Below, piece by piece: positions 13,091-24,201 of a DNA stretch of 64,000 nt. The position numbers were made by a program, and so were the translations under genes. The stretch is from Antedon mediterranea (taxonomy: Eukaryota > Animalia > Echinodermata): the NCBI RefSeq assembly GCF_964355755.1, contig NC_092670.1:30616388-30680387 (forward strand), in the 5' to 3' direction. The notes below the pieces were generated by a model. That model saw nothing but the letters and a program-made list of their open reading frames with translations. It made no database searches and was not told where the DNA came from. Numbering within the stretch: position 1 is the first letter of the stretch; every line of letters begins with the position of its first letter.

Positions 13091-13579
13091 CATAGAATTT
13101 AGTGAATTTCAAAAATGTTTGTCCTGGTTTTATGCATAATAAAGCAAACCTTTGACTGGAACTTATTTTCCTACGAAATATTCATATATTATCAGTGGTT
13201 AACATTTTTTAAATATAATAATTTTGATGCTCATTTTTGATGCAGATTGAAATAAATTTTTTGACCAATATTGTTTAATCTCAGGTGATCATCTAGCAGA
13301 CTTTAAGAAAATCAGAAGCTGCAGCACATCAAAATGCTACAATGATTAAAATCCAGTCTTTAGAAGAGAATCTTTTTCAGTGTAACTTGTGACAAAACAG
13401 TATAGTAAGATTGCAGAGACTGGCCACAGAATATATCTAAAAGAACAGAAGGTCAAAGACTTGGTCAGTACTACGTATACGCCTTTAAAATTATGTCTAA
13501 AACATACAATACTATAAAAATTAATGTTATATTTCTTTTATATACTTTATATAGCGAACTACTTTGAATCAAGAGATAA

Positions 13580-13675
13580 CATTTGGATCTATGTACCAAA
13601 ATGGACGAAGTATTAAGGAAAAATAAAATTCCTCGACAGCAGTACCACAGAAAGGGTTTTGTGGGAAATCATGAA
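13580..13675 (+). pseudogene. Short DNA-transposase-like remnant
   Basis: 13601 onward translates to MDEVLRKNKIPRQQYHRKGFVGNH, which resembles the RQxYH..FVGNH motif I recall from invertebrate Transib/Chapaev-related transposases. Confidence 0.4.
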
Positions 13676-15974
13676 GTCACATCTTACTTTGATTTCACCT
13701 GAGATCCAGCATGAAGTAATAATAGTTTGCTATTTCTCAGTTAATTGTTACAGTATTGTACATCTTACGTACAGTATAATTTATGAATGGTAGTGTTTTT
13801 TTTTTTTGTTATTGCTAGAACAATGATTTTGTAAATATTAACAATTGGAATATGAATTGTAATTGAATTGAATTTTTTGAAAGGTATGTTTTGTTAATTT
13901 GGTTTATACATTATTGATTGATAACGGAAATTAATGTTATTTACTGATTCAGATTTTGATTGCATATCAAAATAATAATAAATATACAATACAAATATGA
14001 AAGAAATATGCATTTGTTATAATTAAATATCTAATGTCACAGTACTCTATAGACTATAGCTTCTTTCTATTATTACAGTATATTACAGATCTTTGACTAA
14101 GACAGGCTAGGTAGGCTGCTCTAGGCCTTTAAACAGCTGGTGATGGAGCCTAGCCTATAAATAATATAGGCCTAGCTATGCCTGTAGCCTGGCCTACTCT
14201 GTTCTCCCCTCCAAAAATGAATGATTATTAAAAAATCTTAGGCCTAGGCTAGGCCTATTTTTAATTAGGACCAGGAACAAGTAATTAATCAGCTTTATAA
14301 CAGGTCAGCTGTCACTCAGGCCCCTGAACAGGCATGTTTACGTGTTAAAAATAAACCGCCATTAGTCTTGCACAGCTGGTTTTAACCACGCAAGGGGGCC
14401 TGGACCTAGCCTATTATAAGCTAGCATAGGAAAAAATCCAGCCAGGCTATATGAATACAAACCTTGTTAAAACATTCAAGGATAACTAAAGTATCCAACT
14501 AAATCAAAGAATTCAACAGAAAAAATTATTTTTAAACTGATATGGAAAACAACATTTATACCTACTTTTTAAATGTATCACTTGAGAAAAAAAACTGGCG
14601 TTGGATGTACAATTTTGGTTAACTTTCAGTGACATTACCTCTTAAAATCCACGTGATAAAACGACGAAAACATGTTTTTTACCTTCATCCAGGGTTGTTC
14701 TAATGAATATTCATTATTTTTTTGGCTTTCGCGGTCTTTATTTGTTTTTATTGGCTATTGAAGTACAGTCGTTTTATGCTTGATCGCTTCCGGGTTCCTC
14801 GTGTGGTTTGTATACAATGTTTTCGGAACCGTTACTCTACAGAAACGCTATGAAACGTTTGGGGCGCTACACTTAATTTATATTATGAAACAACTGTTTT
14901 AGTACAGTTGATCATTTACGAACTACTAGGTTTAAACAAGGTAATAACCTATCTATCCCAAAAGCCCGTACTATGGCTGGTCAATTTAGAATTTCGTTTA
15001 CCGGCACAACATTTTGAAATAATTTATCACTCGACATAAAAAATAATACATCAAAAATTAATTTCGTAAAAAATATAACTGAACTACTATTATCGAGATA
15101 CTGATTAATGCTGGCCCACCTCTTTCTTTTTGTCATTATTGTGTTTTTCTTACATTATTGTATAATTATAATTATTATCAAAATCGTTTGCACTGAACAG
15201 TATTATATTTGTTAATCAGGTGTAAACCATTGACTAGCGAAAGCTATTTGTTTATACCGTTTTGCCTTTGGTGAATAAAGAATTATGAAATACCTGGGTA
15301 GATTTAGTTTTCCCTGGCCAAGAAAACATCCATTTTCCCAATGGGTGAAATCAAAGTTTACTCCACACTAATTGATGGGGTAAACTAAGCATATATTTTT
15401 ACAGTGTATGTTTATAGAAAAGCATTAAAATATTACCCGGTTTTAGGCCAACATGTTATTGAAACATTCATCAGAAAAATTACAATTTTTGCAGATTACA
15501 GTAACTAGGACACAAAAACTATTCACACATAAATATTCATAACACTGTGTCAAACAATGTGGTACAGTCAATTAATATTTTTTATTTGTTTGAAATCTTT
15601 AACACAATTTGATTTGTCCTATTTTTTACAGGAGCAGTTTGAAAAAAACCCAAATCAAAGGATTCCACAAATGAGGAAGCAATTCCGGCTGTCAAAACAT
15701 ATCTATACAACTCTAGAGACAAAGAAGGTGGAAGAAAGGCCAGGCAGCTCAAGCAAACTACTGTTGTCTAAGACTTAAGTGACATTGAAGATTAATGAAT
15801 ACATACACTAATGAAATGTCATTTCATATATTCGATTGGGTGTATTGAAAAATAATGAATTGAAACCGCAATCTTACTGTCTACATTCTTTTTCATTTCG
15901 TTTTACACAAAATACACAGGTCTGGTCCCATCTGTGTAAGCCAAAGTAGTTAAATATTATGCTCTTTCCAATAT

Positions 15975-16232
15975 GTGACCCACATGGATTCCCCAGAGGA
16001 ATACATTATTGTACCTATATGCTTTCTGATGTGGCCTCCATGCGGGTTGTATATGGGGTATGCTGGCAACACAATACGATGCCCATATGATGTCAAATAT
16101 GGGCCAAGGGGGCTTTCCAATGTGGGACCCATATGGTTCTTGGGTGCAAAAAAGGTGGAATCCCATATGGGAAACCCATATGGTACCCATAAGTTGTACT
16201 ATATGGGTCTCATATGGGCTTTCTACCCGGGG
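15975..16232. repeat. Small MITE-like repeat built from CCCATATGGG palindromic motifs
   Basis: Repeated CCCATATG/CATATGGG units. The overlapping short ORFs on both strands are artefacts of the repeat. Confidence 0.5.
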
Positions 16233-17519
16233 AAGAGCGTACAAAATCATGTTCAGTACCGCTCTGCTTAGCACTGGCACAACAACATCGAGAGAAAAGG
16301 GGTACAGTATACTCTGATCTTCACTGAGAGCGTACATCAGCAGACAGTGTGTTTTGCAATTATGACGTCATAAGCTCAGGCATGCATCATGAATATTCAT
16401 GATATATGCACGCCATCTATAGTTTCTGCCCTAACCTAATAGAAAAAATATAATGCTTTTTGGGGCGGCCCTGAAGCGGCCCATAATTAGCCCGGATAGG
16501 TACCCTGAGAGAGTATCTTGTTTATTTTAATTCATGCAGAGTAGCTAATGGATGTTCGGACGATAGGGCCGTCACATTCTTAGCTGCATCTTTAAAGAGA
16601 CCAGTACTAGGTGTTTGAAAATGTTAAAAGCAGAAGCGTGACTTACCTGGAATTTCGTCCCTAGGACGTCGGTTTGAAACTGCTGAGTAAGCTAACAATT
16701 ATTGAATGCTAATAGAATATTACGTAGACAAATGGTCATCACATGGAAGCAGTAGGGAACCCAGAGGTTAGGGAAGGGATTTCTAGAGCAACCCGTTCTC
16801 AAGCAATAATCAACCCTAACAGTCCCAGCATGTCTATAACTCCCCAAACTTCCCAATCCTTCAAGACAACATTTCAAAAATGTTCCTAATATCAAACACA
16901 CAGAAGCCCACCCCCACCCCCACCCCTACCTACAAGTAAATTTACAGTAATACCCCTGAATAAATAATTAAACAAGTAATCAAAGTCCTCTTCAGTCTCC
17001 GATGCTGGCAAATAAATAAATTACAAAAGATAAAAGTTAAAATGTTTCTGCGACTGTTGAACTACTTTCACGCCTCCCGTACAACCAGCAACTAATTTAC
17101 TGTAATTAATGTCTCAATACTTTAAGTATGATGCAACTGCTCTGCTATTTTTACCAGTTATTCACTTCTTTTCTTTCTATATACAATTACAATTAATCGC
17201 CAGTAATCTCAAGTACAGCTTTAATTTATAGTATTCCTTCCAACTCACTATTTCTTTTACTTTGTGTATACACAATTACTTTCTTCTCCTATACGCCTTC
17301 ATTTCCCATACTAATTTTCTCCTATCCTCTCCTTGCTTAACATAGCACTTCTTCTCTGTCTCCACCAATCAGAGACCTCCACACCATCCTTCTCTGCAAC
17401 ACAATACTCTGATACACTTGCTTTACACAACAGCTTCCTAAAACTAAAAAAAGGTTCAAATAATGAAAACAAAGAGAAAGTTACTAGCACAATATATATA
17501 CAACTTATGTCATTTGTGA

Positions 17520-18080
17520 CACTAATATCTGTGGTTATGTTTTGCTTTGGTGTATTGAACCAAATCATATTACGTTTGCGCGTTGTTGTTTGTTTGGTGT
17601 GTCTTAGTTAAAGTTTAACTCATGAGTGTATCCGCGCTGTGTAAGTGCTTCCTGGTATGGTGCTATAGCTGTAGTAATTCATCATCAGATTAAATATTCG
17701 ACACAGTTTGTTTATAGCTAATGGAATGGTCTGGATCATTGAAGACGCGAATGATTGCCCTCGCGGTGCACATACATGGCGAATTATTTGAAAGGCATAA
17801 ACGTACCTGCTCTCAAGTCTAGCGTTATATCAAGGTAAGTCATTACTTTACTATTAGTTTCTATGGTCAAATTCAAACCATTTTCACTAAATACCTTGCA
17901 TTTGTCTTTCTTGATTGATTCAATCTTCCGTGGCGATTCTTTAAATACAGCTTACACGATCACCATCATCACGATATAAACCTATATTGTTGCCGTATCT
18001 CTGCGACAGTAATTGTGATAGTATGTATGATGCTACGTCTCCATTAAAGCTTCCCGTGGTACAGATTCCTATTCTTCTTC
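17520..18080 (-). mobile_element. Penelope-like element (Naiad/Chlamys-type) RT remnant
   Basis: Hand translation with frameshifts: IGLYRDDG..PRKIESIKK..VFSENGLNLTIETNSKVMTYLDITLDL..YVHREGNH..PYQEALTQRGY..RKRNMIWFNTP. Confidence 0.8.
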
Positions 18081-18177
18081 GCTTACATCATAATGATCAG
18101 TTTTAAAGAGTTCATCCTAACTTTTTATCAGAACTACTCCAACTGTGCTGTGCAATAATATTGATGTATGCTAATTG

Positions 18178-18979
18178 AGTAGCAGAGTCAATGCAGAGTA
18201 TAACATACAGTAGATGTGTCAATGCAGAGTATAACATACAGTATCTGTGTCAATGCAGAGTATAACATACAGTAGCTGTGTCAATGCAGAGTATAACATA
18301 CAGTAGCAGAGTCAATGCAGAGTATAACATACAGTAGCTGTGTCGATGCAGAGTATAACATACAGTAGCTGTGTCAATGCAGAGTATAACATACAGTAGC
18401 TGTGTCAATGCAGAGTATAACATACAGTAGCTGTGTCAATGCAGAGTATAACATACAGTAGCTGTGTCAATGCAGAGTATAACATACAGTAGCTGTGTCG
18501 ATGCAGAGTATAACATACAGTAGCAGAGTCAATGCAGAGTATAACATACAGTAGCTGTGTCAATGCAGAGTATAACATACAGTAGCTGTGTCGATGCAGA
18601 GTATAACATACAGTAGCTGTGTCAATGCAGAGTATAACATACAGTAGCTGTGTCAATGCAGAGTATAACATACAGTAGCTGTGTCAATGCAGAGTATAAC
18701 ATACAGTAGCTGTGTCAATGCAGAGTATAACATACAGTAGCTGTGTCGATGCAGAGTATAACATACAGTAGCAGAGTCAATGCAGAGTATAACATACAGT
18801 AGCTGTGTCAATGCAGAGTATAACATACAGTAGCTGTGTCGATGCAGAGTATACCATACAGTAGCTGTGTCAATGCAGAGTATAACATACAGTAGCTGTG
18901 TCAATGCAGAGTATAACATACAGTAGCTGTGTCAATGCAGAGTATAACATACAGTAGCTGTGTCAATGCAGAGTATAAC
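18178..18979. repeat. 31-bp tandem satellite, left array (~26 units)
   Basis: Unit CAATGCAGAGTATAACATACAGTAGCTGTGT, near-identical copies, no spacers. Confidence 0.97.
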
Positions 18980-19412
18980 TATGGAAAGCCAAACCCGCCA
19001 AAAATACATAATACATACCATCCACCAATAATTAATTCGTACAAAATTCAAACCATCCAATATTATCTCATGCAGTTCAATGAAAACTTAAACCATTCAC
19101 CTAGTATCTACACCATCCAATACAATGTGTGACCATCTACCACTAGCCCAAACGACAATACGCCGAACAAACTACCCATAACACAAACCATCTAAAGAAT
19201 GTTGAGCCCAGGCAGCAATAATTGAATTAATCTAACGTTAATACAAGTATATATTAGCCAACTCATTTATCAACATTTCATGTTGTTCATGAACATTTCA
19301 AACAAAGCATCTTAATTATAGTTCATCGAATTCTAATTCTAATACATTGCCTGTTTTATACACCGTTCGTCTGTTTAACAGTTTAAACAACTGTTTTGCA
19401 CACGATACGCCC

Positions 19413-19705
19413 GTTCGTGAGTTCAAACCATGATATTTGAAGCATCGACTTTCCAAACAGCGATTTTTCGCACCGAACGTATTTTCTTGAGTTAAAGTGG
19501 TTGCATTTCAATCACTTACTTTTGATTGGCCAGTATTACACACCGTTCGCTTGTTCGTGATTTCAAACCATGATATTTGAAGCATCGACTTTCCAAACGG
19601 CGATTTTTCGCACCGAACGTATTTTCTTGAGTTAAAGTGGTTGCATTTCAATCACCTACTTTCGATTGGCCAGTATTACACACCGTTCGCTTGTTCGTGA
19701 TTTCA
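19413..19705. repeat. ~139-bp tandem duplication
   Basis: GTTCGTGA.TTCAAACCATGATATTTGAAGCATCGACTTTCC.. occurs at ~19413 and ~19552. Confidence 0.85.
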
Positions 19706-19774
19706 TGTGATAACATTTCATTCGACAACTTTTCAAACGTTAGTTTTTGACTCTGCTTACGTATATGTCAGTTG

Positions 19775-21488
19775 GGTTCTAGGACACCTACCCCCTAGAC
19801 AGTTACCCCCCGGATGTTTACCACCCGGACAACTACCCCCTTAGGACAACTACCCCCTTAGGACAACTACCCCCCCGGACAACTACCCCCCGGACAACTA
19901 CCCCCTTAGGACAACTACCCCCTTAGGATAACAACCCCCCGGACAACTACCCCCCGGACAACCACCCCCTTAGGACAACTACCCCCTTAGGATAACTACC
20001 CCCCCGGGTAACTACCCCCGGTCAACTACCCGCCGATCAACTACCCCCCCCCCCCCATCCAAAAGTAGACAAATATATAGGACCGGTTTCTGTAAAAATG
20101 AAATCATCTGTTTTTAACGGGTGTTTCGAAAATAGAGACCCGAGACCAGAGACCTGACACGAGACCCAATACGAAAAGGGAGACCTATATTTGGGTCTCC
20201 CTTTTCGTATATTAGGGTCTCCCTTTTCGTATAGTGTGGTCTCTCTTTTCGTATAGTGGGGTCTCCCTTTTCTTATAGTGGGTCTCCCTTTTCGTATATT
20301 TGGGTCTCCCATTTTGTATATTTGGGTCTCCCTTTCGTATAACTGGGTCTCCCTTTTCGTATATTTAGGTCTCCCTTTTCGTATATTAGGGTCTCCCTTT
20401 TCGTATAGTGGGGTCTCCCTTTTCGTATAGTGGGGTCTCCCTTTTCGTATAGTGGGGTCTCCCTTTTCGTACGTGGGTCTCCCTTTTCGTATATTTAGGT
20501 CTCCCTTTTCGTATTGGGTCTCTGGTCTCTGGTCTCGGGTCTCTAGTTTCGAAACACCCGTTTTTAACCGATTATTCTGTTTAACAGCACGCTAGACCCT
20601 AGATGCGCTAGATTTAAAGTACCGTATTTATTGAAAAAACGGCCTGGGCTGTTTATTGTTTAGGTGGTTTTTAGGTGGACATTTATTGGAAGAAAGTTGT
20701 TTATTCAATGGGAGGGGGTATAATCTAATGGAAATAGACGCCGATTATTCCATTATGATGTTTCATGGGAGTGACATGGTCACCGTTTATTTGAGGGGAA
20801 TTTATTTAAAGATCGACGTTTATTCGGTGAGTGAACATTGAGGTCAAATATCAAAAGTGATATTATTCTTCAAGTGTACAAAAATACATATATGACAAAT
20901 TTGAGACAAAAATTAATTCTTTTAAGACCAGTGGTTATCGAAGCATTGTCCTGACGAAAAAATTATTATTATTATTAGCGAACCCAGTCTTTACAGTAAA
21001 TACAGGGAGTACTATATAATACGTTCGACTATCCTATGATCATGTGTGACAATCTTCAGTTTATACCAGGCTATATTTATGTTCAATCTTTTACTTTTGT
21101 TTGCAATAATGAATAGTAATTCGTCAAAGTAACGAATTAAAATATAGTTATTAATTCCTATTATACACTGTTGCAGAGTCAGGTTGTTGAATGGTCTGGG
21201 TGGTTAGGGTATTCTAAAGGGATAGTTTTCTGGGTGGTAATTGTCCGGGGGGTAATTGTCCGGGGGGTAATTGTTCCTAGGGGGTAATTGTCCGGGGGGT
21301 AGTTATCCAGGGGGTAGTTGTCCTAAGGGGGTTGTTGTCCTAAGGGGGTAGTTGTCCGGGGGGTATTTGTCCGGGGGGTAGTTGTCCTAAAGGGGTAGTT
21401 GTCCTAAGGGGGTAGTGGTCCAGGTGGTGGTTGTCCGGGGGGTAGTTGTCCGGGGGGTAAATGTCCAGGGGGTGAATATCCGGATACG
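19775..21488. mobile_element. MULE-like non-autonomous element with GGACAACTACCCCC subterminal arrays
   Basis: Inverted arrays of 16-17-bp units at 19775-20045 and ~21230-21488. GTCAGTTG is duplicated at 19767-19774 and 21489-21496. Confidence 0.8.
20119..20559. mobile_element. MULE-like MITE with 9-bp TSD
   Basis: TIR GGGTGTTTCGAAA.TAGAGACCCGAGACCAGAGACC. GTTTTTAAC flanks both sides. Internal 21-23-bp repeats GGGTCTCCCTTTTCGTATA. Confidence 0.88.
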
Positions 21489-21863
21489 GTCAGTTGATAT
21501 ACTATCTTTTAATTTTCATACTTTCCATAGTCAGTTCTGTACATCATTCGCATTTACGCATGTAAAGTGTAGATATTCCACTCGACAAGTTTTAAAACGG
21601 TAGTTTTTTTTTTATTGTTAAATTGTAACTGTTGGGCTCAACATTCTTTAGATGGTTTGTGTTATGGGTAGTTTGTTCGGCGTATTGTCGTTTGGGCTAG
21701 TGGTAGATGGTCACATATTGTATTGGATGGTGTAGATACTAGGTGAATGGTTTAAGTTTTCATTGAACTGCATGAGATAATATTGGATGGTTTGAATTTT
21801 GTACGAATTAATTATTGGTGGATGGTATGTATTATGTATTTTTGGCGGGTTTGGCTTTCCATA

Positions 21864-22349
21864 TTTAACATACAGTAGCTGTGTCAATGCAGAGTATAAC
21901 ATACAGTAGCTGTGTCAATGCAGAGTATAACATACAGTAGCTGTGTCGATGCAGAGTATAACATACAGTAGCTGTGTCAATGCAGAGTATAACATACAGT
22001 AGCTGTGTCAATGCAGAGTATAACATACAGTAGCTGTGTCAATGCAGAGTATAACATACAGTAGCTGTGTCAATGCAGAGTATAACATACAGTAGCTGTG
22101 TCAATGCAGAGTATAACATACAGTAGCTGTGCCAATGCAGAGTATAACATACAGTAGCTGTGTCAATGCAGAGTATAACATACAGTAGCTGTGTCAATGC
22201 AGAGTATAACATACAGTAGCTGTGTCAATGCAGAGTATAACATACAGTAGCTGGGTGAATGCAGAGTATAACATACAGTAGCTGTGTCAATGCAGAGTAT
22301 AACATACAGTAGCTGTGTCAATGCAGAGTATAACATACAGTAGCTGTGC
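21864..22349. repeat. 31-bp tandem satellite, right array (~15 units)
   Basis: Same unit and orientation as 18178-18979. Confidence 0.97.
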
Positions 22350-22434
22350 CCATACATACTAAAGAAGTCAAACTGCTTTTCATCTTTCTTTGATTTTGTA
22401 TTAGGTGAACAAAAAAACTATCTGAAAGTGACAA

Positions 22435-22530
22435 AACAAGGCCTAATACATGGCTGCAGTCGCGTACGCAAATTTGAGTTAGTGTTTACCGACCAACCTA
22501 CCGACCGACCGACCGACATAGTGAGCTATA
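22435..22530 (-). mobile_element. Short HINE (Helentron-associated) copy, partial
   Basis: CAAGGCC..TGGCTGCAGTCGCGT..(GACC)n..GACATAGTGAGCTATA, the same family as 23765, 28523 and 52261. Confidence 0.65.
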
Positions 22531-23764
22531 AAAACACTACTTATTTCAAATAAATAAGACGTTACGTTTAATACAAAACGATACCGTAACTAATCCATCA
22601 CTACTCAACTATTGTAAATTGCCTGATCAAAAATATATTGAGAGTTATTACAATTACTCTAGTAGCTAGATCAACTTTCGTATGCACTTTGAGGTCCAGA
22701 GAATTTGACTTCAAAAATTGGGTTAGGATGGTCAAACAATCATTTTTGGCTTGGTTACACATTTTGAAAATGTGGCGAAAGGTCAAAAGGTCAGGGTGTA
22801 AAGTTATAATACCAAACACCAATAGGTCCTTAAATCTCGACAACCACTGGTACAGCAAGGTAATTTTGGTCTCAAATTGATCGGAAGGTATACATTTATA
22901 TTCAGTCTAATGGGACAATTTAGTCAAAAATGACCGGAAATGCCATTTCTGACATTTGACCCACTACAGAGGGCATGTATGTATCTCCGTAAGTACTGGT
23001 CGTAGACACTTGAATTAGGTCCAAAAATGTTTGCAATATACATTTATTTATTTGTTGCACATTTTGAAAAATGTTACAAAAGGTCAAAGGGTCAGGGTCA
23101 AGGGTTATATGAACAAACACAAATAGGTACTTGTATCTTGGCAACCACTGGTCGCAGCAAGTCAATTTTAGTCTCAAAATGTTGAGAAGGCATGTATTCA
23201 TATTCAGTCTAATGAGACATTTTAGTGAAAAATTATCAGAAATGCCATATCTGACCTTTGACCCACATACCAGGGCATCTTAATATCTCTGTAAGTACTG
23301 GTCGTAGAAACTTAAATTTGGGATCAAATTGTTGGAAATATACATATTTACATTCATTCTAACAGAAAATTTGGTGAAAAGATGATCAGAAATACTATTA
23401 ATTACTAATGTTTCAAACAAAATACATACCTCTACACAACTTATTCTTATATAAATGGTATGCAATAATAATAGGAATTACAACAAATCCTTTACTGTTT
23501 GTAATTGTACTTTTGCTTATAATAATGCTAGAAAATATTGTAGACCCCCCCGAGGACGATCAAGCATTGATAGAAACGTCGAACTCAACAGTTCTTTTCA
23601 GAATGCTAGAAGTTAACTTACCGTAATTATCCAAATAAACGACATATATTGTTCAGAGGGGTGTTTAGGGGGAGGGATGTTTATTCGGTGGAGGCGTTTT
23701 TTGTTTGTTTTTGGTGTAATATGGTAAAAATATATGTATATCAAATAAATACACCCTAGATATA

Positions 23765-23874
23765 AAACAAGGCCATATAGATGGCTGCAGTCGCGTACTC
23801 ACGTGAGTGTTTACCGACCGACCAACCAACCAACCGACCGACATAGTGAGCTGTAGAGTAGCGACGCGACTAAA
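23765..23874 (-). mobile_element. Short HINE copy
   Basis: AAACAAGGCC..GCAGTCGCGT..(GACC)n..ACGCGACTAAAA, with subterminal inverted AGTCGCGT. Confidence 0.7.
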
Positions 23875-24201
23875 AGTACAACACAATTAATATTGTAATA
23901 AGAATAACTGGAATAAACCTCCTTCATCCGGGTGCGAGTACAATCATGATATTGAAAAAATATCGGAGACAACTATAATATACCAATTCATTGTCATCAT
24001 TCTGTATATAACACTGTTGTATAATATTGTTGAATGTCACCGACAAATTATACATAATTTATACACGTCTGTTCCCAGTGTACATAATAAAACAATATTT
24101 CTGGAGATTTATTATCAATACCACTAGAAACTTAGGTTTTTTTATTTTTTAAGTACTAAATGCATTGACAATAAAAGCATCAGAAGTGTATTTTAAAATC
24201 A

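Larger units (their letters stand above)
18980..21863. mobile_element. TIR element with ~230-bp TIRs inserted in the satellite
   Basis: 18980-19209 is the reverse complement of 21633-21863 (TATGGAAAGCCAAACCCGCC..). Flanks are TATAAC / TTTAAC. Confidence 0.9.

Noticed and set aside
18178-22349. CRISPR-like array
   Set aside because: The 31-bp units abut directly with no unique spacers, there are no cas genes, and the context is eukaryotic. It is a satellite.
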